64,000 nucleotides of DNA, from IMG/VR virus record IMGVR_UViG_3300035034_001226, positions 22,721-86,720 of that record; one strand, 5' to 3'. Positions 56,084 through 63,887 of the stretch are shown here, one piece after another. This DNA comes from a virus. A program made the translations under genes and the position numbers. The first letter of the stretch is position 1; every line of letters begins with the position of its first letter. The notes beneath the pieces are model-generated. The model saw only the letters and a list, made by a program, of their open reading frames with translations. It ran no database searches and was not told where the DNA came from.

Positions 56084-56160
56084 TGGCGCGAGTAGATACC
56101 TAGCAGTACCATTTCTCCCAGTTCATTGGGAGCGTCCTTACCTATTTAGACTATACTCAC
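56084..56160 (-). tRNA. Non-canonical tRNA-like gene B (variant T loop, 8-nt anticodon loop)
   Basis: Identical T arm to gene A; CTCCC-AATGAACT-GGGAG; GCCA. Confidence 0.65.
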
Positions 56161-56182
56161 TTATTATTCACTTATTATTCAT

Positions 56183-56257
56183 TGGAGCCACATCTCGGAA
56201 TCGAACCGAGTTCTCAAGCTTACAAGGCTAGTGCATCGCCAGCAATGCTTATGCGGC
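56183..56257 (-). tRNA. tRNA-Thr (UGU)
   Basis: CTAGC-CTTGTAA-GCTTG. Confidence 0.85.
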
Positions 56258-56271
56258 TAGTATATCATTAT

Positions 56272-56646
56272 TTATTCGATAAATCCAGCTTTTTTATAAA
56301 TTTTAATTTTATCAGTATAATCATTTGATATAAATCTTGGGACTGTTGATGTTGGTTCAATATTTAAGTATGTATAATTCTCTAAAAATTCATCCATTTG
56401 ATTACCACTACAAACAGTAATCATTTCTATAATTTTTTCACCATCTGTGGTAAGTCTTTCAACCACTATATAGTAAAGCTTTTCACCAACTTGAAATCTA
56501 TTATTTACAGATTCAGTAACTTCTTCAAGTGATTAATTATCACCATGTTCTTCCATATTCTCCATCCGCCCATCAATAAGATTTTGGATAGTTTCTTCTG
56601 TAATTACCTTTGCATTCTGTTTTTCTAATAATTCAAATAGTTCCAT
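56272..56646 (-). pseudogene. Hypothetical gene split by in-frame TAA
   Basis: MELFELLE...HGDN*SLEEV... continues in frame into track ORF 56272-56466; TAA at 56533-56535. Confidence 0.6.
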
Positions 56647-56647
56647 A

Positions 56648-57346
56648 TTACTTAATCCTCAACTTATCGCTATTGAATTTAACAATAGTGGTATTTCCCT
56701 CAGTATATACTTCAATAGGTGCACTATTATGTACTGAAAAATTTGATGTAATTATCGTAAAAGTTTCAATATCATCAAAATTTAAATCATGTTCTTGTGG
56801 AATTTTTAATATCCCAATATATTCACTGCTGGCAGTTTCGTCATCATTACATAGTGAAATGCTTACCACATCAGTTGACTTCACTATAAGATCATATATG
56901 GTTAAATACGTATAATTGATAATTTGTTTTTGCATTACCGGGTCAGATGGGTCTTTACTCCTCATAGTTGCCGAAAACTTTACAATATTGGACGCATTTC
57001 CTTCACCTTCTAAACTGCCAATAAATCCATTTTCAGTAAGATTATGTTTAATTAACCCCTGCAATACTTTCCACCTACCATCAGGGTCATCTTTATAATT
57101 GGCAGTTTCTGCAAATTCTAATGCTTCTACTGGAACCTTCATATTAAGATTAATAAATAGTTTATCTTCATCATAATAAGGGAATTCTGGAAACATTTTT
57201 TCATAATCACATAAATCTGAAATATTTTGCTGTTGTTCTTTAGAAAGTAAAACTTTTATTGACTCATTTGTATATGACGACTTTATATCAATTTTATATT
57301 TCATATAATCATCAGGCATCTCAGTGTTATTCTCACTAGTATTCAT
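56648..57346 (-). CDS. Hypothetical protein, late-promoter driven
   Basis: 232 aa; TATAAATA at 57365-57372. Confidence 0.7.
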   Translation of the reverse strand: MNTSENNTEMPDDYMKYKIDIKSSYTNESIKVLLSKEQQQNISDLCDYEKMFPEFPYYDEDKLFINLNMKVPVEALEFAETANYKDDPDGRWKVLQGLIKHNLTENGFIGSLEGEGNASNIVKFSATMRSKDPSDPVMQKQIINYTYLTIYDLIVKSTDVVSISLCNDDETASSEYIGILKIPQEHDLNFDDIETFTIITSNFSVHNSAPIEVYTEGNTTIVKFNSDKLRIK

Positions 57347-57395
57347 ATTATCTCCATATTTTACTATTTATATAGTAAAAAAATGCTTGAGCTTT

Positions 57396-57470
57396 TGGCT
57401 GGCCCACTAGGTTTCGAACCTAGACTCCAAGGATCAGAACCTTGTACACTACCAGTTATGTTACAGGCCA
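57396..57470 (-). tRNA. tRNA-Gln (CUG)
   Basis: U1-A72, CAAGG-TTCTGAT-CCTTG. Confidence 0.9.
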
Positions 57471-57561
57471 ATATTTTTTTAATAATTTCATAAACTAATA
57501 AATAATACCATTGATGTGTCACATCAATGCATAAAATTCTAATAAAATAAAAGGTAAAAAA

Positions 57562-58253
57562 ATGAAAAAATTATATTAACAATCTCAATGATTGTTGTAA
57601 CAATGATGTCTTTTCAAGCATCTGCTTGGACTACCCCAATTTATGGTGGTGTACTGTGGCATTATGGTAACATTGTAAACTATAACGTACACCAATCTGG
57701 TGATTATGTAGAGGTTGATCTACAATTTCGAACACATGTTGCTGATATTGATCCGTTATTAAAGGATTGGAAACTATTGATACGACCAAATATTACCATC
57801 AATGGTGTTGTAACAACTCTTTCACAGTGGCCATTTTCTGCGTTTGAGAATCTTGAATTGCAACCGAATGGAAAATATGGATTTATTACTGCATTTAAAC
57901 CATTTAATAATCCAGAAAGGGTTTATCTACCACAGAATTCAGACCCTGTTACAATTTGTGCCAACCCTAGTGATAGCTATGTGGCATTGAATGAATTGAC
58001 AGGTAATGGATATTATGAGCATCGTAGTGGTGGTTCTACCCCTACAGTGTACGGTAATAGCGTGAATACTGTATATTGGACACAAAGTGGTTATTGTGCA
58101 ACATTTCAACGTGTTGGTTACGACGAGCCACCTGTTATTGAGCCAGAAGAACCAACTCCACCTAATGATCCATATGTGCCATCTCCACCACCACCACCAA
58201 CCCCACCATTTCCGGGTTGTGATCCAGCAAATGGACAATATGCAAGTTGTTAA
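57562..58253 (+). CDS. Secreted protein with Pro-rich C-terminus; signal peptide frameshifted at an A6 run
   Basis: ATG-A6 gives an early TAA; A7 gives MKKIILTISMIVVTMMSFQASA in frame with track ORF 57588-58253. Confidence 0.7.
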
Positions 58254-58265
58254 CTTGTAATTCTT

Positions 58266-58290
58266 AAAGGACTCTTCGGAGTCCTTTTTT
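58266..58290 (+). terminator. Rho-independent terminator
   Basis: AAAGGACTC-TTCG-GAGTCCTTTTTT. Confidence 0.9.
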
Positions 58291-58395
58291 AGCTATCAAG
58301 AAATATTTCTAATAATTAATTATGTGGGTGGTAATATTTTTGACCTTTACTCTTACAATCGGGACGGTCAGGCGAGTACCCACATACTAATTTAC

Positions 58396-58728
58396 TTATG
58401 CTGCGTAAAAAAACTTTACACCATTCACTGATGTGTTGTTATTAATAGCAACAGATATTTTCTTTACTTCAACATTAAGCGTTTCAGCGGCATGTTTTTT
58501 ATTGTCATACCTTCCAACAAAACGACCTTGTTCATCACGAACAATTAAAGGTAGAGTGTGCATAATTCTACAAAACACGCTACGATTGTATATGGCATAT
58601 TCACCGAAATCATACACCGATTCGTTTTTTGATAACTTTTCACTTACCGTTTTAAAGCGTTCTGACGCATATTCAGTCCCAATATATCTTCCTTCATCAA
58701 AGGCTTCTTTAACTAATTCTTTATACAT
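58396..58728 (-). CDS. NUMOD1-like DNA-binding protein
   Basis: GRFVGRYDNKKHAAETLNV...ISVAI...GVKFFY. Confidence 0.55.
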   Translation of the reverse strand: MYKELVKEAFDEGRYIGTEYASERFKTVSEKLSKNESVYDFGEYAIYNRSVFCRIMHTLPLIVRDEQGRFVGRYDNKKHAAETLNVEVKKISVAINNNTSVNGVKFFYAA

Positions 58729-58800
58729 TTGTATTTTTCTCTAAATTTAAAAGAAGTATTATATCACAACCTATAATATAATCAAGCATATAATGGTATT

Positions 58801-58878
58801 TGGCTACCCCGGAAGGATTCGAACCTTCAACACCCAGAATCAAAATCTGGTGCTCTACCAAGATTGAGCTACGAGGCA
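58801..58878 (-). tRNA. tRNA-Gln (UUG)
   Basis: CCAGA-TTTTGAT-TCTGG. Confidence 0.9.
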
Positions 58879-58890
58879 TCATTGTGTAAT

Positions 58891-59059
58891 TGGTGGGTGT
58901 CTGAATTTGGCATGGTTGCTACTCCATGATCTTGCCACATAGTGCGACATGTTTTCTCAGTAAGGGTTTAGTTGTTACACAGTGTGAGGTGATCAGCCAA
59001 TTTGCATAACATACCTTACCTACTTAGCAATCTTTAAACTACTCTATTCAGACTTACCC
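58891..59059 (-). ncRNA. Unknown RNA motif, copy 2, CCA-terminated
   Basis: GGGT-AA-GTCTGAAT / ATTCAGAC-ACCC-ACCA terminal stem; blocks shared with 43050-43184. Confidence 0.7.
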
Positions 59060-59062
59060 GTT

Positions 59063-59139
59063 TGGTAGCCAAGGTGGGAGTCGAACCCACAATCACCAGC
59101 TTCTAAAGCTGATAGCGATGCCAGTTTGCTTACTCGGCC
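59063..59139 (-). tRNA. tRNA-Leu (UAG), short variable loop
   Basis: TCAGC-TTTAGAA-GCTGG; same D arm as 47827 and 52306. Confidence 0.8.
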
Positions 59140-59448
59140 ATTGTTAATAAATGAATATGATTCTGTACCTTACCTTTAATGATTCAGGTTGGCTATACCC
59201 TACAGATAGGCTCTACGGTAGTCCCGTAAATTTTACCAGCTCATATTCAAAATTAATAATATAGTTCATCTATCATGTCTGATGCAATATCGGATGTGAT
59301 TTCTCCTGCTACTACTCTGTCAATAATTGATATAATTTTATCATCTCTACCTTGAGATGATGATCCATGAATATGACAATCTGGGTATTCCGCAATAAAT
59401 GGACCACCAATTTTATAACACTCACACATAATATATCCTTATTAAATT

Positions 59449-59526
59449 TGGTCAGAGTGACAGGATTCGAACCTGCATATACCTCCATCCAAGGGAGGAC
59501 GATAACCTGATTTTCGTTACACTCTG
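59449..59526 (-). tRNA. tRNA-Pro (UGG)
   Basis: C1-G72, A73, CCTCC-CTTGGAT-GGAGG. Confidence 0.9.
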
Positions 59527-59532
59527 TAATAC

Positions 59533-59790
59533 TTATTCTTTTTTAGACTGTTTATCAAACCAATCAAAAAATTCTGAATTATCTTCTAAAAAATTATTAT
59601 ATCTGCCAATTGTAGTTCGGTATTGTAGAAGAACTTTTATGGCATTAATCTGATCAATTGCCAAATTAAAATCTAATTTATGTACATTTTTATGTTGCAT
59701 TGTTTCTGATATATTAAAAAAATCTTCTAATAATGCAGCTAATCCTATTTTTTCAGATTGTGTACAATCTAAATCAATGTTGATATTCAT
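59533..59790 (-). CDS. Hypothetical protein
   Basis: 85 aa with GAGG RBS. Confidence 0.55.
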   Translation of the reverse strand: MNINIDLDCTQSEKIGLAALLEDFFNISETMQHKNVHKLDFNLAIDQINAIKVLLQYRTTIGRYNNFLEDNSEFFDWFDKQSKKE

Positions 59791-59798
59791 ATTTACCT

Positions 59799-60353
59799 CT
59801 AACGTGTTATAAGGGTTATACCCTCATCTATACCTGTTTCAAACGTCTTCTTAGCATGTGATGATGTAATGGTCTTATAATCATCCAAGTTAATATTTGG
59901 ATATCCTGCAAAACCTAACCACATGCCACCCCAAAAATTACCCATTGCCACTTCATATGTTCGCTTGTGATCAATAAATCTGCTTTGATGGTTCTCAAAT
60001 TTATTACGTCCAGCTTCCATCATTCTCTGAAGTTGAATGTATGTTTCTTGGTTTAGATTGGGATTTTGTTCCTTGATCCACTGCATTGAAGCCTGAGAAC
60101 CATCTGAACCATATCGTGCATCAAGAGAACCAGTAAATAATTCTACCAAGTCATCTGTTTGCATACCCGGAACCTGTGCAGCTTCTTTAATTTTCAAACT
60201 GTACTGTCCAAGGATATTTTGAAGGTTTTCATATTCGTATACAATACCCTTCTCACTTTTATTTCCAAGATTATGATATGTTACATAACTTGAAAAACAT
60301 ACAATCAAAATAAGTGACACAATTCCTAATGATGCTAATACTTTAATGTTCAT
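59799..60353 (-). CDS. LemA-like membrane-anchored protein
   Basis: N-terminal TM, YN-like motif, helical body, RTYEVAMGNFW...GFAGY end. Confidence 0.5.
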   Translation of the reverse strand: MNIKVLASLGIVSLILIVCFSSYVTYHNLGNKSEKGIVYEYENLQNILGQYSLKIKEAAQVPGMQTDDLVELFTGSLDARYGSDGSQASMQWIKEQNPNLNQETYIQLQRMMEAGRNKFENHQSRFIDHKRTYEVAMGNFWGGMWLGFAGYPNINLDDYKTITSSHAKKTFETGIDEGITLITR

Positions 60354-60356
60354 AGT

Positions 60357-61514
60357 TTATCTCCTATTTTTAAACTTGCGGAGATTATACCCATCAAGAT
60401 TACCAATGTCAACCCTTGTAAAGATAATAGATAATAATAGACTGCAAATAATACCCACTATGCTCATAATTACAATTGCAGTGGTTGATGGTGTTACCTG
60501 AGAACCCAAATATTCAAATTCTTTCATACTAATGCGATCAAATAATAAATCAGTATTAGCTTCCATAACTGTTGCAAGTACATCAGGATCGAATTTTTGA
60601 ACATTTAATAATGCATCACGTAGTGTGACATTATACACTTCATTCCCCATGTTACCGGCAAATGTCATAACGTCAGCCCATATGATTTTTTCACCATCTA
60701 TGCCTAAGAAAATTACAGCGTCATTTTTCTTTGCACCAATCCATTCTGATTCAACTGCATACCTATATGATGGGTCTGAAATATTAGTCACAATAACAAT
60801 AAAGTTAACTTGTTTTTTTGGTGCCAGTTCTATTAATGATACATTAAGTAACATATTCAATCTATCCCTGTCCGGTTTACTTATACCAGAATTAACATTT
60901 AGAACTCTATTTATTTTATACTTAGATCGTACTCTTGGATATGATGGAATTAACCCCTCAAAAGAATTTAATAATGTTGATGGGTTGATGATACTATCAG
61001 GAACAGCTTTAACATAATTAGTATATGTTTCTTCTTTGCTAGCTGGTTCTCCCACTATACAGTCAGTATATGATTGAGGATCAGGTTCATTATATACCCT
61101 TCTACTACCCCTATCCAAATGTTTAAATGTGATTTCTTCATTGACAAATCCATAATTGGCATCAGCTTTCCAATGAACAGTATATCTATCCTCATAACAT
61201 GTAGAACAAGTGGTAGAACAACTTCTATTTTTTCCACTACCTGAACATGTTTCGTAGCAATTACATTCATAACTTCTCGTGTATTCACCATGCACACGAT
61301 CCTTAGAGATAATTTTACCGTTCCATATTTCTGTATCATCAGTCTGGCTTGTAATACTAATATAATAACTTCCTGATACTATTAGTATCACAATCACAAT
61401 ATTAATTACAATCTCTAATATATTCAATGATTTTTGAAAAAACATTTTCATAATTAGTGGAATTGATAATGGTACCAATAACAGTAGTGCTAACGTCCCA
61501 ATACTTCCTATCAT
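60357..61514 (-). CDS. Multi-pass membrane protein with Cys-rich loop and TPM-like domain (start MIGSIG)
   Basis: Two N-terminal TMs and a C-terminal TM, CNCYETC...CSTTCSTC, WIGAKKNDAVIFLG; track start lies inside tRNA-Tyr. Confidence 0.65.
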   Translation of the reverse strand: MIGSIGTLALLLLVPLSIPLIMKMFFQKSLNILEIVINIVIVILIVSGSYYISITSQTDDTEIWNGKIISKDRVHGEYTRSYECNCYETCSGSGKNRSCSTTCSTCYEDRYTVHWKADANYGFVNEEITFKHLDRGSRRVYNEPDPQSYTDCIVGEPASKEETYTNYVKAVPDSIINPSTLLNSFEGLIPSYPRVRSKYKINRVLNVNSGISKPDRDRLNMLLNVSLIELAPKKQVNFIVIVTNISDPSYRYAVESEWIGAKKNDAVIFLGIDGEKIIWADVMTFAGNMGNEVYNVTLRDALLNVQKFDPDVLATVMEANTDLLFDRISMKEFEYLGSQVTPSTTAIVIMSIVGIICSLLLSIIFTRVDIGNLDGYNLRKFKNRR

Positions 61515-61569
61515 AATTTTACTCCTATGTAAAATTTCATTATACGATAGATTTTTAATAAAGTCAAAT

Positions 61570-61644
61570 TGGTGGGGGCCGTAGGATTCGAACCTACATG
61601 TCTCTGATTTACAGTCAGATGCTTCCCAATCACGCCACACCCCC
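61570..61644 (-). tRNA. tRNA-Tyr (GUA), short variable loop
   Basis: TCTGA-CTGTAAA-TCAGA, 5-nt variable loop, A73. Confidence 0.8.
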
Positions 61645-61665
61645 GATATTCTTTTAATTTAATAT

Positions 61666-61965
61666 TTAACTGTTATAGTTAATAGTTTTTCTATCTCTGC
61701 ATAAATTGCGTTCTTGAACTGTTACACCTACATGCTTTTCTGCTATTAACATAGCCTCGTCTAAAGAACGTGTAGCGTTGACGTGTTCACGCTCTTGGCG
61801 ATAAAAGTCATCTGAATCATCATATTTAAAAACTACATTTGAATTAGTCAGTGCATCTGTGATGATACGAGCTATTGCAGATTTACCTGAACCTGAACTG
61901 CCAGCAATTACTACCAGTACCTGACCCCTTTTCATACCTACATTATTTCCCATGATATTCTCCAA
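61666..61965 (-). CDS. Small P-loop-containing protein
   Basis: VVIAGSSGSGKS. Confidence 0.6.
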   Translation of the reverse strand: MENIMGNNVGMKRGQVLVVIAGSSGSGKSAIARIITDALTNSNVVFKYDDSDDFYRQEREHVNATRSLDEAMLIAEKHVGVTVQERNLCRDRKTINYNS

Positions 61966-62019
61966 TAAAAATTAAGTATACACGATATAATGAGTTATTA
62001 CAACATGAATTACATTATT

Positions 62020-62111
62020 TGGAGCCGAGGGTAGGAATCGAACCTACATTGTGCGACAGGCATCACCCAACACTATTATGGATTCTAGAGTACCAATACT
62101 CATCTCTCGAC
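62020..62111 (-). pseudogene. tRNA-like gene with scrambled anticodon arm
   Basis: Acceptor + TCCA, GAGT/ACTC D stem and GTAGG-TTCGATT-CCTAC intact; no canonical anticodon stem. Confidence 0.6.
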
Positions 62112-62150
62112 ATAAAAACCTAATTACTGCATTACATGATAACCTAAAAT

Positions 62151-62227
62151 TGGTGCATCCAGTTGGATTCGAACCAACGTCTTCAGGGCTTCAACCTAAC
62201 GCTAAACCAGAACTCAGCTATGGATGC
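62151..62227 (-). tRNA. tRNA-Phe (GAA)
   Basis: TTAGG-TTGAAGC-CCTGA. Confidence 0.88.
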
Positions 62228-62451
62228 AAATGAATGGTGATTTATTTCACTGACCATCGGCAGATACCTTTTTGGTGAAAGGTATTTTTTCAGAGGCGAC
62301 AGTGTTAGCTGATGTTCCCTCGTGGCTGGCGACAGCATTACCACATACTGTCGAGTTCCGTTATATGAGTTGGGGCATTTCAGCACTTGCACCACCGTTT
62401 GGTTTTGGTGGGGAACTCGTGGTTCCATTTCATATAACCCAATTTTAAAGC

Positions 62452-62479
62452 AAAAAAAAGCGGCTTTATTAGCCGCTTT
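62452..62479 (-). terminator. Rho-independent terminator
   Basis: AAAGCGGCT-AATA-AAGCCGCTTTTTTTT. Confidence 0.85.
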
Positions 62480-62800
62480 CTTTGGAATTTCTTACTGGTC
62501 CTTGTATCTAAATTGGACCTACTCCTTTGAAAGCGGATGAGATACTATCATAATTATTCGGCACAATAGTAGCCCGTTGCGAGAGTATCTCTGTCGCAAT
62601 GTGTGCTAATCTAAATTGTTTCGAACTTACTGCTGTATTCATCATTTTTCTCTTTTAATTTTATTTGACAGTATAAACTGTCTGTTTCATTTATTTATTT
62701 ATACATCTTACAATATTTTTTTTATTAAGTCAACAAATATTGTAAAACTATTTATATCTCTTGTTGAGATGTGCGTAGTATACCACTTATTTATACAGTG

Positions 62801-63817
62801 TCAACTACTTTTTAATTTATTATTTACATATGGTTTGGTTGATGTATGGGTATCATATTCCGCCACTTCAGCTTTATCACCATAACCATAATAATCAGGG
62901 TGAAATTCTGAAACTTTATGATTGGTTACATCTTCAGGAATTTCTGTACCCTGCTTCACCAAGGAACCAACTCGATCTAATGATTCTGATCTATCAAGCC
63001 CCATCACATATATAAGTATAACTAGTTCTTTAATATGTGCATATGAATAGCCTTCAGTATATTGGGCTAATTCTTCTAGTTCCTTATCAGGTACAACTTC
63101 ACCTGTTGATACCATGATATTTACCAAAAAATCATACCTTGCTTTGACATCTGGAACATCTATAAGTTTAACTATATCAAATCTACTTGGCCTATTTGTA
63201 ATTCTATCACTCAACCTATCTATATAATTGGTAGTAGCGACATATATAATATTATCAAATTGTCGTTGGCCATCAAGTAAATCCAATAAAACTTCTTCAT
63301 ATCCCTGTCGTTCTAACATATCCACGTCTTCAATTGTGACCATAATTGTTCGATTGGGTTCTTGTTGCCTAAATGCCTTAATTATCTGTGGTAGAGCACC
63401 AAAGCTTTCACAATTAAAACTTATACCGTTGTATTTCTTAGTAAATAATTCCAATATTGTACTAAGAATTGTACTTTTACCTGAACCCGGTGGCCCGTAT
63501 AATAAAATTCCACGTTTCCAAATAAAATTAAAACGATTGTATACATCCTTTGAATTAAGGAATTTTTCAACATCGTTCATTATTTCAACACATACTGGGT
63601 CATCATTTTTCACTAATCCATCAGATACTTTTTCCTGCTTTGAAAACATCCACAAGTTATTAAACTCATCATATGTGGTGCTATATATTCCCGATGGTAA
63701 TTCTGAATACATATCTTCATTCGGTGGTAGATTCAATGGTGAATAAAAAATACCATCATTATCTAAATCTTGCCATTTTACGTTTAAATTTTCAGTAATT
63801 TTAGTTTTATTTGTCAT
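62801..63817 (-). CDS. AAA+ ATPase
   Basis: LLYGPPGSGKS, IEDVD, ATTNYIDRL, NRPSRFD. Confidence 0.9.
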   Translation of the reverse strand: MTNKTKITENLNVKWQDLDNDGIFYSPLNLPPNEDMYSELPSGIYSTTYDEFNNLWMFSKQEKVSDGLVKNDDPVCVEIMNDVEKFLNSKDVYNRFNFIWKRGILLYGPPGSGKSTILSTILELFTKKYNGISFNCESFGALPQIIKAFRQQEPNRTIMVTIEDVDMLERQGYEEVLLDLLDGQRQFDNIIYVATTNYIDRLSDRITNRPSRFDIVKLIDVPDVKARYDFLVNIMVSTGEVVPDKELEELAQYTEGYSYAHIKELVILIYVMGLDRSESLDRVGSLVKQGTEIPEDVTNHKVSEFHPDYYGYGDKAEVAEYDTHTSTKPYVNNKLKSS

Positions 63818-63887
63818 ATATCCTCATATTTGATTCAAGAGTTGCATTATATAATAAATAGAGTAACAAGTCAAAGGAATTTAAACT

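Noticed and set aside
58322-58390. ATGTGGGT/ACCCACAT stem as a small RNA
   Set aside because: One closing stem plus a weak internal helix in the 3' trailer of an ORF; insufficient support
62020-62111. tRNA-Sec
   Set aside because: No UCA anticodon, 7-bp acceptor, U73
62290-62320. Twister ribozyme (TAACACTG segment)
   Set aside because: Conserved L4 and pseudoknot nucleotides are absent
62462-62645. Leader peptide/attenuator (MMNTAVSS..., with a TAG at codon 46) before the terminator
   Set aside because: Short, no regulatory codon run, and no antiterminator identified
645-63746. Most plus-strand track ORFs nested in minus-strand genes or tRNAs (e.g. 1368, 4152, 11873, 44667, 47976, 51349, 63228) and minus-strand 51243-51434
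   Set aside because: Antisense or tRNA-overlap shadows with no RBS and no motifs
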